From: an uncultured Verrucomicrobiota bacterium
GTDB lineage: Bacteria; Verrucomicrobiota; Verrucomicrobiia; Opitutales; UBA9783
DNA: 64,000 nt
Direction of reading: 5' to 3'
Assembly (NCBI GenBank): GCA_902495005.1
Contig: CABUVL010000002.1
Span: 3,865-67,864 of the forward strand
Under the pieces are notes generated by a model that was given only the letters and a program-made list of their open reading frames with translations, was not told where the DNA came from and did not search any database. Position numbers and translations under genes: made by a program. This document shows, one piece after another, positions 10,073 to 19,343 of the stretch (positions within the stretch are counted from its first letter, which is position 1; each line of letters opens with the position of its first letter).

Positions 10073-11116
10073 ATGCGCTTCAAAAATGTAATCATCGAGT
10101 CAATGGCCTGTGCTTTGCCCGACGAATGTTGGACTTCTGCGTACATTGAAAGTTGCCTTGAGCCTCTTTATGAGCGTCTTAAGTTGCCGCAAGGCCGTTT
10201 GGCAATGATGACGGGCATAGAAGAACGCCGCTGTTGGTCACGTTCTTTTTTACCTTCGGAAGCTTCTATCTTGGCCGGCAAGCAGGTCTTGAAGCAATCT
10301 GCCATTCCGCTGGATCACATTGATGTTTTAATTCACGCATCTGTGTGCAGGGATCGGCTGGAGCCGTCGACGGCGGCGTACGTGCATCGTGGATTACATT
10401 TGCCTTCAAATACGCAGATTTTTGATTTATCAAACGCGTGCCTGGGTGTTCTTAATGCAATGGTGGTGGGGGCTTCTATGATTGAAAGTGGAAGTGCGCG
10501 TGCGGTGCTCATTGTTTCGGGAGAAAATGGAAGACCTCTGTTGGATTGGACCTTGTCGCGTTTGATGGAAGATAAGTCCCTCACCCGTAAAACAATTAAG
10601 CCGTTTTTTGCAAATTTGACCATCGGTTCCGGTGCCGTCGGCCTGTTGTTGTGTCACCGACAATACGTCAATGTGCCCAAGCCTATTTTACTGGGTGGTA
10701 TTGTTAAGACAAATTCAGACGCGTGTACCTTGTGTGAAGGTGGCGTAGGTGCGGGGGATCATTTAACGATGCAAACGGAGGCAGATAAGCTACTCACGGC
10801 GGGTATCCAGCTTTCAAAAGAGGCTTGGAACGCATTTCAAGCAGAGATGGCTTGGAGTAATGAAACGGCACAATGCATTATCACGCATCAGGTGGGACGT
10901 CAGCATCAAAAGAAGTTGTACGAGGCTTTGGGCTTAGATCCGACGAAAGATTATTCTACGTTTCCTTTCTTAGGCAATACCGGCTCTGTGGCATTGCCAA
11001 TTACACTGTGCAAGGCAGTTGAAAATCAACGTATTAAAAACATGATGCCCGTATTACTCTTGGGGATTGGAAGTGGCCTCAGTACCATCATGTTAGGGCT
11101 TCAATGGCAAAAATAG
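10073..11116 (+). CDS. FabH/OleA-like condensing thiolase (3-oxoacyl-ACP synthase III family)
   Basis: 348 aa from the first ATG after the tRNA (the track start 10001 overlaps tRNA-Pro). Cys-His-Asn triad contexts DLSNACLG, ITHQVGR, FLGNTGS. LEPSTA and LLGIGSGL blocks. Confidence 0.7.
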   Translation: MRFKNVIIESMACALPDECWTSAYIESCLEPLYERLKLPQGRLAMMTGIEERRCWSRSFLPSEASILAGKQVLKQSAIPLDHIDVLIHASVCRDRLEPSTAAYVHRGLHLPSNTQIFDLSNACLGVLNAMVVGASMIESGSARAVLIVSGENGRPLLDWTLSRLMEDKSLTRKTIKPFFANLTIGSGAVGLLLCHRQYVNVPKPILLGGIVKTNSDACTLCEGGVGAGDHLTMQTEADKLLTAGIQLSKEAWNAFQAEMAWSNETAQCIITHQVGRQHQKKLYEALGLDPTKDYSTFPFLGNTGSVALPITLCKAVENQRIKNMMPVLLLGIGSGLSTIMLGLQWQK

Positions 11117-11122
11117 GCAGTT

Positions 11123-12046
11123 ATGATTCCATTTGACGGCATTCGATCTTTGTACCCATTTAAAGGGAAATACCTTACATTGCAAACGCCGCAAGGTCGA
11201 GAGCCCGTACGCTTGCATTATTTGGATGAAGGTCGTGGAGAACCGGTAGTCATGCTGCACGGGAATCCAACCTGGTCATTTTTTTACAGAAACCTGGTTA
11301 AAAATTTAAGGAATTGCTGCAGGTGTTTGGTGCCCGATCATATCGGCTGCGGTTTATCGGACAAGCCACGGCATTACCCTTACTGTTTGGCAACGCATGT
11401 TGAAAATACGATACAATGGCTGACGCAACTCAAAATAGGTCGATTCCACTTGGTTGTGCACGATTGGGGAGGCGCTATAGGCATGGGGGTCGCAACCCGT
11501 TGGCCAGCGCGTGTTAAGACCTTGACGATCCTTAATTCGGCCGCTTTTTTGGCAGATAAAATTCCGTTTCGGATTGCTCTGTGCCGTTTCCCATTGCTGG
11601 GCGCTTGGGCGATCAAACACGCCAACGTGTTTGTGCGGGCTGCCTTGTACATGGCGTCGGAAAATGGATTAGATGCTCAGACGAAGAAGGGTTATCTATT
11701 CCCTTATCAATGCACACGCGACCGTGTTGCCATCAATGCCTTCGTGCAAGATATTCCCATGAACGCGAAGCACCCTTCCTACAGCGTTTTGGAAAAAATT
11801 CAAAATGATTTGTGGATCTTGGAAAACAAGCCGAGCTTATTGGTCTGGGGAATGCAAGATTTTTGTTTTACGCCCTATTTCTTAGAGCAGTGGCGGTCTT
11901 ACCTACCGAATGCAAGTGTCCATTGCCTTCACGATGCGGGACATTATGTTTTGGAAGATGCCTGCGAAGAATCTTGCAGCTTAATCCGACAATTTATGGT
12001 GTCGCATCAATCCGTAGACCCTCTTTTGAAAAGTCTTGCACAATAA
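11123..12046 (+). CDS. Haloalkane-dehalogenase-like / OleB-like alpha/beta hydrolase
   Basis: 307 aa with HGNPTWSFFYRNL and the nucleophile elbow VVHDWGG. Lies 6 nt after the thiolase gene. Confidence 0.75.
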   Translation: MIPFDGIRSLYPFKGKYLTLQTPQGREPVRLHYLDEGRGEPVVMLHGNPTWSFFYRNLVKNLRNCCRCLVPDHIGCGLSDKPRHYPYCLATHVENTIQWLTQLKIGRFHLVVHDWGGAIGMGVATRWPARVKTLTILNSAAFLADKIPFRIALCRFPLLGAWAIKHANVFVRAALYMASENGLDAQTKKGYLFPYQCTRDRVAINAFVQDIPMNAKHPSYSVLEKIQNDLWILENKPSLLVWGMQDFCFTPYFLEQWRSYLPNASVHCLHDAGHYVLEDACEESCSLIRQFMVSHQSVDPLLKSLAQ

Positions 12047-12437
12047 AGAGGGGGCGGGCCTGTGAAGATTTAATTGGTCTGTAATGGAGTTAATGCGAAG
12101 CCGGTTGGTTGGGCAATCAAGGAACTTTTGGCGTTGGGTGTTACGTGGAAACGTTTGCTCTTGTTCGTCGAACTTTGCGGACGAATCAATAGTGAGAAAT
12201 TATAGATAATTTTGGTGTTTTGTTGAGTCGTTTATTTTTCTGAAAAAGATTCAAGGCTCAAACTTTGCTTAAGGCTAAAAATATAAAATACTTTGTCCCT
12301 TCTGTCAAACGAGCCCGGCGTACTTTTCTCAATAACCGGCAAGACAACTTGGAGGGGGTATAATTGTTTGTATTTTGTTCATTTTCAATCCTTCGTTTAA
12401 TTGGAATTTTTTTGAAGAGCTGTAAGCCTTAAAATAA

Positions 12438-12470
12438 ACAAGTGCAGGGGTAAAAACGCCCTGCACTTGT
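12438..12470 (-). terminator. Terminator hairpin after the secretin gene
   Basis: ACAAGTGCAGGG/CCCTGCACTTGT 12-bp stem. On the minus strand it is followed by TTTATTTTAAGG. Confidence 0.7.
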
Positions 12471-12480
12471 TTAGAAGATT

Positions 12481-14298
12481 TTATTTCGTGTTATTTGTCT
12501 TTGTACTTTTTGTAATATATTGGTGCGTGCTATGTTTCTTTGTACGGTATTTATGTCTTGGTTTTACGCTTTGATAGGGAACAAAGTTAGAAATGCTTTC
12601 CTTTGTTTCTGCTATATCTTGTTTAATCTTTTTGTGCTCAACCATATCTTCGAGTTGTGCCTTTAAGCTTTGAATCTCTGCGTACATCTTTTGTTCTTGT
12701 TCAGATAAATCTTCGCCAGGCAAATCGTTTTTTGTTAAACCTAAATCGTGCAATTTCTTAGACGATACATTTTTAGTTTCCTTATTTTGTGGGTACAAGA
12801 TAGTACCGTCGTAGGCAATTTGTGTCGCAGATAAGAAAATTAGTAGATTTGTAACATCGTCCTTCAATGTTTTATCGGAAAACAGTTTCCCTAAGAGCGG
12901 AATGTCACCGAAGAATGGAACCTTATTTACCTTATCTTGTTTGGTTTGTGTCATAAGACCTCCGATGGCGATAGTGTATCCACTTTTAATTGTAACCATA
13001 CTGTCAGTTTTCTTTTGGCTGATTTGAGGGTAGTTAATAGAACTGGTACCTCCACTGCTTTTTGTTTCAAACGGTACTGTTTTGGTTTGGCTTGACAAAG
13101 ACGGTTCTATTTTGAGTGTAATAAACTCTGCTTGGACTTTAGGTGTTACTTTCAATTCAAGACCAATAGGCTTTTCTTCAAACCCGCTGATCTCATATGA
13201 AGCTTGGTCGGAATTGTAAGAATAGTTGGGGACAGGATAATTTTCAACAACGGACATAGTGGCAGGTACGTTATTCATGGTAATGATGGTTGGATTGGAT
13301 AATGTTTTTCCAATATTATCCGTTTGAGAAAAGTTGAAAGTGGAGCTCAGTGTTTTAATAACCAACGATTGTGGCTTAAAGGCTTTGCTGTTGTTTAACC
13401 TACGTGTGATCGTGCCATCCGTACTACTGCTCGAGTCACTACTTGAACCATTATTGGTAGAAGTACTACTACTGCTCGAGCTTTCTGGATCATTGATGGA
13501 GGCTGTTAAAGAGCTTGGCCATGAAAAGCCAAAACTATCAGAGACGTTTTTACTGGCTTCGACGAATTTTGCTTCAATCATAACCTGTGCTTCTGGCTTG
13601 TCGAGTGTGTCAATGATTGAGTGTAATACGCTTATATTTTTAGACCTGTCCGTAATAATGAGGACATTGGAGCGTTCGTTAAAGGTAATTTTACCACCAT
13701 TGTCATTATCGACAAAATCCTTTAATTCTTCAGCTACTTTTTTTGCATCTGCGAACTTTAATAGGAATGTTTCTGTTTTTAGAGGTTCGTTGTTTATGGA
13801 TTCAAGTGAACAGATTTGAATGATATTGTCGTATTTTGTGTATGTACAGCCTACAGGGCCTAAGACGGACTCTAATAATGATTCCCAAGTGGTATTTTTT
13901 AGACGAATTGTGACACTTCCCTTCAGGGTGGATGGAATAATAATATTGAGATCGTACAATTCGGACACGTAGCGTAATACTTGTTTTATATCTTCGTTAA
14001 CAAAATCTACGGAGATAAAATCCCCATTTGTTTTTGTCGCAGGTGGATTATCCTTAAAAGTAACTACAATATTGTTGTCTAAATTGGCATCCGAAGAGAT
14101 GTCAGATTGTGCATTATCTTTCGGTGTTTGAATCGTTTGATTAAGGTCAGCAAAAGAAGGCAGCGGAGCTTTTAATTTAAAATTTGATGGGAGTTGCGTA
14201 TCCATGAAAGCATAATGGCATTGAGAAAAGAAAGAGATTATGAAGGCCACCTTTATTGCTTGATGTTGGTTCGATAACGAGATCTTCTTATTTTTCAT
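12481..14298 (-). CDS. pilQ: PilQ-type secretin (type IV pilus / T2SS-like outer-membrane channel)
   Basis: 605 aa. Hydrophobic signal-like N-terminus, N0-like domain (VDFVNEDIKQVLRYVSELYDLNIIIP), C-terminal secretin domain (VPFFGDIPLLGKLF). Last gene of a pilMNOP-like operon. Has a Ser-rich insert and a ~90-aa coiled/basic C-terminal tail. Confidence 0.8.
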   Translation of the reverse strand: MKNKKISLSNQHQAIKVAFIISFFSQCHYAFMDTQLPSNFKLKAPLPSFADLNQTIQTPKDNAQSDISSDANLDNNIVVTFKDNPPATKTNGDFISVDFVNEDIKQVLRYVSELYDLNIIIPSTLKGSVTIRLKNTTWESLLESVLGPVGCTYTKYDNIIQICSLESINNEPLKTETFLLKFADAKKVAEELKDFVDNDNGGKITFNERSNVLIITDRSKNISVLHSIIDTLDKPEAQVMIEAKFVEASKNVSDSFGFSWPSSLTASINDPESSSSSSTSTNNGSSSDSSSSTDGTITRRLNNSKAFKPQSLVIKTLSSTFNFSQTDNIGKTLSNPTIITMNNVPATMSVVENYPVPNYSYNSDQASYEISGFEEKPIGLELKVTPKVQAEFITLKIEPSLSSQTKTVPFETKSSGGTSSINYPQISQKKTDSMVTIKSGYTIAIGGLMTQTKQDKVNKVPFFGDIPLLGKLFSDKTLKDDVTNLLIFLSATQIAYDGTILYPQNKETKNVSSKKLHDLGLTKNDLPGEDLSEQEQKMYAEIQSLKAQLEDMVEHKKIKQDIAETKESISNFVPYQSVKPRHKYRTKKHSTHQYITKSTKTNNTK

Positions 14299-14302
14299 GT
14301 TG

Positions 14303-14809
14303 TTAATAGTTAAAGGTTAATGAGTAATTGTTTAATTTGAGAGTAAAAGACTTCTTTTGAATATTTCTAATGGAAATTTCAAATGTTTTTCCTTTGTATT
14401 CAACTTGTAAGATGGTCTTTTCACTGATCACTTGTTTGCCACCGATACAGAGGAAAAGTTTACCATCCTTTTCAATGCATCCAGAGGGTTGTAAAGAACG
14501 GCCCACATTACTGAGAATAATAAGTTCGTTGGCCGTTTGAGGCTTAATGACAGGTTCAGGTTCTGGTTCTTCCGTGATAATGGGTTCTACTGTTGTTTCT
14601 GCTTTTTCATCAAAAAAGAAGGGGGAATCTAAATCTTCAAAATCTATGATTTTAATTTTTAAGAGATGTTCAAGATCTTGCAGCGCTTGTTGGCGATCTT
14701 TAATGGAGATAATTGTATTCGCATTTGATGTTTTTCCACGAGGTGCGGCTCTTAATGTGATTGCACATGCGGTAAGAATTGTTAGGAAAACGTAAATATG
14801 CTTATGCAT
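14303..14809 (-). CDS. PilP-like lipoprotein (by position and topology)
   Basis: Start moved to MHKHIYVFLTILTAC, giving a signal peptide with an LTAC lipobox. Beta-rich C-terminus. Immediately upstream of the secretin. Confidence 0.45.
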   Translation of the reverse strand: MHKHIYVFLTILTACAITLRAAPRGKTSNANTIISIKDRQQALQDLEHLLKIKIIDFEDLDSPFFFDEKAETTVEPIITEEPEPEPVIKPQTANELIILSNVGRSLQPSGCIEKDGKLFLCIGGKQVISEKTILQVEYKGKTFEISIRNIQKKSFTLKLNNYSLTFNY

Positions 14810-15476
14810 GAATGCCTCCGGGTTGCTCAATTTTGCCAAACATTGTGAACGTAATTGTTGTACTTACAGAAGACTTAGTTGTGTCATCTGTGTCATCCGT
14901 TGTATTTGTTTGAACTTTACTACTGTCTTTTATTTCCAATTCTTTAACATTAATAAGGTAATCTTGGCTTTGCAATGTTTGTAAAAACGAAGTGAGCGTA
15001 GAAAAAGACGATTGGAATGTGACCTTGAAATCCACGAGCAAATAGTGTCCACCGTATTCACTGACGTCTTGGTTTAAGACGATCACTTTGTTATTGGTAA
15101 GGTCGTAGGCCGTTGAAATGGAAATGTTACCGGATTGTGCCCCAAAGCTGTTCTCCATTTTAACAATGAATTTGTACAGGGCTGTTTTATTGCCAAAATC
15201 GAAGCACTTTTGATTAATTGTTGTCCATAATTTTTTATAACTTTGCAAGTCGGTAGAAATGTTGTTTAAATCTGCCATTTGTTTTGTTATAAGATTGGAC
15301 TTTATGTTTAACGAATCAATTTGGCGTTCTACAGCGTTTGTTGCCTCTTGTCTGTGGAAAATAAATGTAAACAATATCAAATTTGCGGCAATGCAACTGA
15401 GAAGGGTCCAATTGTGTCGAACGAAGTCTTTAACTTGTGCGAATTTTAAAGAATGTAAGAAATCTAGATTAGACAT
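14802..15476 (-). CDS. PilO-like bitopic membrane protein (by position and topology)
   Basis: 224 aa with a single N-terminal TM (WTLLSCIAANLILFTFIF) followed by a coiled segment. Third gene of the operon. Confidence 0.45.
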   Translation of the reverse strand: MSNLDFLHSLKFAQVKDFVRHNWTLLSCIAANLILFTFIFHRQEATNAVERQIDSLNIKSNLITKQMADLNNISTDLQSYKKLWTTINQKCFDFGNKTALYKFIVKMENSFGAQSGNISISTAYDLTNNKVIVLNQDVSEYGGHYLLVDFKVTFQSSFSTLTSFLQTLQSQDYLINVKELEIKDSSKVQTNTTDDTDDTTKSSVSTTITFTMFGKIEQPGGIHA

Positions 15477-16104
15477 TGTGTTGAAACGTAAGTTGGAAGA
15501 CTGTATTGTTGGTTTTCTGATCTACTGAAGTTGTCGTATTTTTATCAAAATTATAGAAACACTTATGCTGATCTTTGAATGGGCTTAAGGATTGAAATTG
15601 AGTAAGTTGCTTTTTATAGCTCTCGAGAAGGGCAACATCGTTATTAATAACGCCATAAAGTTGTATGTTAAGGGGCTTACTCTTTGAAGATTTTAAATAA
15701 GTTGCTGTTATCGTGTTAAACTTAATGTATTGCGGTTTGGTTTTACAAAGTTCTGCTAAAAAATTTATCAGGTTACTGGGGAGTGTATAGGCGTTGAGTA
15801 TGGCTTGTACAGTGTTGTGAAGCTCTAAAAATTCTTTATTGTATTGCATCATTTTCTTGTGAACAATTGTGTTCTTGGAGAGAAATGTTTGCAGGGTATT
15901 GAGTTTTGTGTTTTGGCGTCTGTAATCGAATTCTGTAAAGAGGCTGATGCATGTTAGAATTGCCAATAGCGCGCAGAGGGAGATAAATGTGTACGTCTTG
16001 ATTGACGACATTTGTGCGTGTGCCACGATGGACGCATCTCGGAAATCAACTTCCCAGGCAGGTGTTTTCCGTTTGAACGTAAAGTTAAATGAGCGTGGGT
16101 TCAT
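15469..16104 (-). CDS. PilN-like bitopic membrane protein (by position and topology)
   Basis: Start set at MNPRSFNF (ATGA overlap with the upstream gene). Single TM (YTFISLCALLAILTCISLF) then a periplasmic domain. Confidence 0.45.
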   Translation of the reverse strand: MNPRSFNFTFKRKTPAWEVDFRDASIVAHAQMSSIKTYTFISLCALLAILTCISLFTEFDYRRQNTKLNTLQTFLSKNTIVHKKMMQYNKEFLELHNTVQAILNAYTLPSNLINFLAELCKTKPQYIKFNTITATYLKSSKSKPLNIQLYGVINNDVALLESYKKQLTQFQSLSPFKDQHKCFYNFDKNTTTSVDQKTNNTVFQLTFQHNV

Positions 16105-17138
16105 TTGTAATAATTTAAGATAGCATTTATCATACCAACCCACAGGGGCTTGGTGATTTGTACTTGTTGTTTGTCGGATGGAATTTGAATTTGATCTTTA
16201 AGCCATGTGTCAAAGTTTATTTGCAGGGGCGGGAGCTCAAGTTTTTGACTGAGGTAATTAAATATCCATTCTAAGGAAGGTGTTAGTCCTTGAACATAGA
16301 GGGCTTCAATGGGGGCGCCAGCCTGTACTTCAAAGAAGTCAATGTAAGATTTTATGTCTGTATACATACGTTGCATGACAGATTCTTTTCCTTGAACGTC
16401 GTCTGCAAGTGATTGTGTAATATACTTGTAAGTGCTGATGTCGTCGGGTAAATTGCACGACTTTCGGGTGAGATTGATTAAATTTTTTAAGCCGCACACC
16501 GGTGGGTAAGTGGCCGCAAGTTGGTTGTTGTACAACATAAAAATAAGAGAATGGTCGATAGAGAAATCGATGAATAAAACAGGCGCCTTATTCTTTATGT
16601 GCTCCAAGTAAGCTAAAAATCCTTTAATATTTGAGAGGGTGGAGAGGAATAATTTTTGTGGAATACATTGGTGGGTTATCAATTCATTTTGAATGGATTG
16701 GATGTTTTGCTTTTGAGCCCCTACGAAGCAAAGATGATTGGGAATTTCTTTGGTCGATTCTTTAATTTCATTACCTGTAGTGGCGTCTAATACGGCAATG
16801 CGGTTGTTTTTAAGGTCGATGCTGAACCTTTCTTTTAATAAGTAGGTGAGCCCTTGAATGCCTTTGCTCTTTATCTTTGGATCTATTTTTGTTTTGTAAA
16901 TAAATCGAGATTGCGGAGAAGTGATGCAAATAACGTCTTTGGTCCGCGCTATTTTTTTTAAAATATTTGCATCTAGATGAGCATTTTCTTTGAAAGGATT
17001 GTTCGGAAGTTCTTTTAAATCTGATAATTGAATGAGTTTATTGGCCCCCTTGTTCGCTGTGGCCGTTAAACAATACAATTCCGAAGCATAAATAAATTTT
17101 TGTTTGCGCTTAGGTAAAATAGAAAGAAAAACATCCAT
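16101..17138 (-). CDS. PilM-like cytoplasmic actin-fold assembly protein (by position and size)
   Basis: 345 aa, soluble, first gene of the M-N-O-P-Q-ordered operon. The sequence is divergent and I did not recognise any ATP-binding motifs. Confidence 0.45.
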   Translation of the reverse strand: MDVFLSILPKRKQKFIYASELYCLTATANKGANKLIQLSDLKELPNNPFKENAHLDANILKKIARTKDVICITSPQSRFIYKTKIDPKIKSKGIQGLTYLLKERFSIDLKNNRIAVLDATTGNEIKESTKEIPNHLCFVGAQKQNIQSIQNELITHQCIPQKLFLSTLSNIKGFLAYLEHIKNKAPVLFIDFSIDHSLIFMLYNNQLAATYPPVCGLKNLINLTRKSCNLPDDISTYKYITQSLADDVQGKESVMQRMYTDIKSYIDFFEVQAGAPIEALYVQGLTPSLEWIFNYLSQKLELPPLQINFDTWLKDQIQIPSDKQQVQITKPLWVGMINAILNYYK

Positions 17139-17215
17139 AAATTTATTCTAGTTGTTACGTTATTCGTGGGCAAGTCATTTTTTGTGACGCCCAATCGTGT
17201 GCTAGATACTGTGAT

Positions 17216-17231
17216 AGCATGTGTCGTGCCA
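17216..17231 (-). promoter_or_regulatory. Sigma-54 (-24/-12) promoter candidate for the pilM operon
   Basis: Minus strand reads TGGCACGACACATGCT, matching TGGCACG-N4-TTGCW at 11 of 12 defined positions, with correct GG/GC spacing. The predicted start is about 67 nt upstream of the pilM-like ATG. Confidence 0.5.
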
Positions 17232-17250
17232 TGTGCCATTGTGGCACATG
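17230..17250. promoter_or_regulatory. Perfect 9-bp palindrome CATGTGCCA-TTG-TGGCACATG
   Basis: Read directly from the sequence. It lies between the two divergent sigma-54-like promoters and is followed by T6 on the plus strand. Confidence 0.4.
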
Positions 17251-17324
17251 TTTTTTACTGTGTCTATGGTTCGTATTGCAGGCTTTTGTTCTTAAGTCGT
17301 TGATGTTGAGTTTATTAAAAAAGT

Positions 17325-17340
17325 TGGCACGGTTTATGCA
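17325..17340 (+). promoter_or_regulatory. Sigma-54 (-24/-12) promoter candidate upstream of dnaK
   Basis: TGGCACGGTTTATGCA, with the same single deviation (A at position 12) as the pilM-side site. The predicted start is only about 6 nt before the dnaK ATG. Confidence 0.45.
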
Positions 17341-17356
17341 TCATATTGTGGAAAGT

Positions 17357-19315
17357 ATGAATAAAGTGACAGGTAAAGTTTTAGGAATTGATTTAGGTAC
17401 TACCAATTCGTGTATGGCAATTATGGAGGGAGGGGAACCTGTGGTGATTCCAAACGCAGAAGGTGCGCGTACGACTCCGTCCATTGTAGCTTTTACGAAA
17501 ACAGGTGAACGTTTAGTGGGTCAAGCGGCAAAAAGACAATCAATTACGAACCCGCAAAATACGATTTTTTCAGCCAAGCGTCTCATCGGTCGTAAGTTCC
17601 ATGAAATACAATCCTCCCTTGGAAATTTCCCTTACAAGGTGGTTGAAGGTAAAAATGGGGATGCGTGGATTGAATGTCAAGTGGGGGATAAGACAGAGCG
17701 GTTCGCGCCGGAGCAAATCTCTGCGATGGTTTTGTCAAAATTAAAGGCAGATGCAGAAGCTTACTTGGGCGAGCCTATTAAGCAAGCGGTTATTACGGTG
17801 CCCGCCTACTTTAATGATTCTCAACGTCAAGCGACAAAGGACGCAGGTACGATTGCTGGATTGGAAGTCTTGCGGATTATCAATGAACCTACTGCGGCCT
17901 CATTGGCGTATGGTCTCGATAAAAAGAAGGAAGAAACTATTGCCGTTTTCGATTTAGGTGGCGGTACGTTCGATGTTTCTGTCCTGGAAATTGGCGACAG
18001 TGTCTTTGAAGTTAAGGCGACGAATGGCGATACGCAATTAGGGGGTGACGATTGGGATAAGGCGATCATTAATTGGTTGGCCGATGGCTTTAAGGCGGAG
18101 AATGGCATTGATTTGCGCAAGGATCCAATGGCTCACCAACGTTTAAAAGAAGAAGCTGAAAAGGCGAAAATTGCACTTTCTTCTGCGCAAGAGACGGACA
18201 TTAATCTACCTTTTATAACGGCAGATGCCAGTGGACCAAAGCACTTGAACGTCAAATTGACGCGCTCTAAATTGGAACAAATTTGCGATCATTTGTACGA
18301 GCGCATGAAGAATCCGTTTAATGCTTGTTTGCGCGACGCCAAGGTAGACAGCAGTTCCGTTGACGAGTTGGTCTTAGTCGGAGGAATGACGCGTTCGCCA
18401 AAAGTTGTTGAGATTGCCAATACCTTAGCTGGAAAACCCGCACATAAGGGTGTAAACCCTGATGAGGTTGTGGCGGTGGGTGCTGCCATTCAAGGTGGTG
18501 TACTGCGTGGTGAAGTTAATGATGTACTATTGTTGGATGTTACGCCGTTGACTTTGGGTATTGAGACCGCCGGAGGCATTTCAACGCCGATGATTGAACG
18601 CAATACGACCATTCCTACAAAGAAAACGCAGACATTTTCAACTTACGCGGATAATCAAACGGCCGTTGACATTAAGGTCTTGCAAGGAGAACGTCCTTTG
18701 GCGAAAGACAATAAGACGCTGGGTACGTTCCGCTTGGAAGGCATTCCGATGGCAGCCAGAGGCGAGCCTAAGATTGAGGTCACCTTTGATATCGATGCGA
18801 GTGGTATCTTGCACGTAACGGCAAAAGATGTCGCAAGCGGTAGAGATCAAAAGATTACCATTTCGGGCTCTTCGGGATTTTCCGAGGAAGAGGTGGAGCG
18901 CTTGCGTAAGGAGGCAGAACAATTTGCCGAGCAAGATAAAGCCGAGCGAGATCGCATAGAGGCTTTCAATCGTTTGGACAGTTTGGTTTATCAAGCTGAA
19001 AAGCAAATCAAAGAGTTTGGCGACAAGTTGCCCGCTGACAAAAAAGAGGCTATTGAGAAAAAATTGGCGGACGCCAAGAAGCTGTTGGAGGACAAGGAAG
19101 TCAAACTGGAAACATTAAAGTCGACAGAAACGGACTTGATGAATTCGTTGCAAGAGATTGGCCACATCCTGTATTCTAATGCGCAGGCTAATGCCCCAAA
19201 GACGGAGAGCGCGTCTTCCGATGCAGGACAAAGGGAGTCAAAGACGGATAAAAAAGATCAATCTAACGTTGTTGACGCCGACTTTGAAGTTGTCGATGAT
19301 GACAAGAAGGAATAA
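17357..19315 (+). CDS. dnaK: Chaperone DnaK (Hsp70)
   Basis: 652 aa from [18 protein letters not shown]. The track ORF's 46-aa Cys-rich N-terminal extension (from 17219) is rejected. Full Hsp70 signatures are present. Confidence 0.95.
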   Translation: MNKVTGKVLGIDLGTTNSCMAIMEGGEPVVIPNAEGARTTPSIVAFTKTGERLVGQAAKRQSITNPQNTIFSAKRLIGRKFHEIQSSLGNFPYKVVEGKNGDAWIECQVGDKTERFAPEQISAMVLSKLKADAEAYLGEPIKQAVITVPAYFNDSQRQATKDAGTIAGLEVLRIINEPTAASLAYGLDKKKEETIAVFDLGGGTFDVSVLEIGDSVFEVKATNGDTQLGGDDWDKAIINWLADGFKAENGIDLRKDPMAHQRLKEEAEKAKIALSSAQETDINLPFITADASGPKHLNVKLTRSKLEQICDHLYERMKNPFNACLRDAKVDSSSVDELVLVGGMTRSPKVVEIANTLAGKPAHKGVNPDEVVAVGAAIQGGVLRGEVNDVLLLDVTPLTLGIETAGGISTPMIERNTTIPTKKTQTFSTYADNQTAVDIKVLQGERPLAKDNKTLGTFRLEGIPMAARGEPKIEVTFDIDASGILHVTAKDVASGRDQKITISGSSGFSEEEVERLRKEAEQFAEQDKAERDRIEAFNRLDSLVYQAEKQIKEFGDKLPADKKEAIEKKLADAKKLLEDKEVKLETLKSTETDLMNSLQEIGHILYSNAQANAPKTESASSDAGQRESKTDKKDQSNVVDADFEVVDDDKKE

Positions 19316-19343
19316 TTTTAACCCTTAACAAAAATAAAAGATT

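Noticed and set aside
17219-17356. N-terminal extensions suggested by the longest-ORF track for dnaK (17219), the thiolase (10001, overlapping tRNA-Pro), sctN (up to 37089, overlapping sctL), sucC (61983, overlapping rpoN), DUF721 (57096), the activator (49392), and the pilN-like and pilP-like genes.
   Set aside because: The extensions are Cys/Trp/Arg-rich or overlap upstream genes or tRNAs. Conserved protein N-termini begin at internal ATGs that have plausible ribosome-binding sites or ATGA-type coupling.
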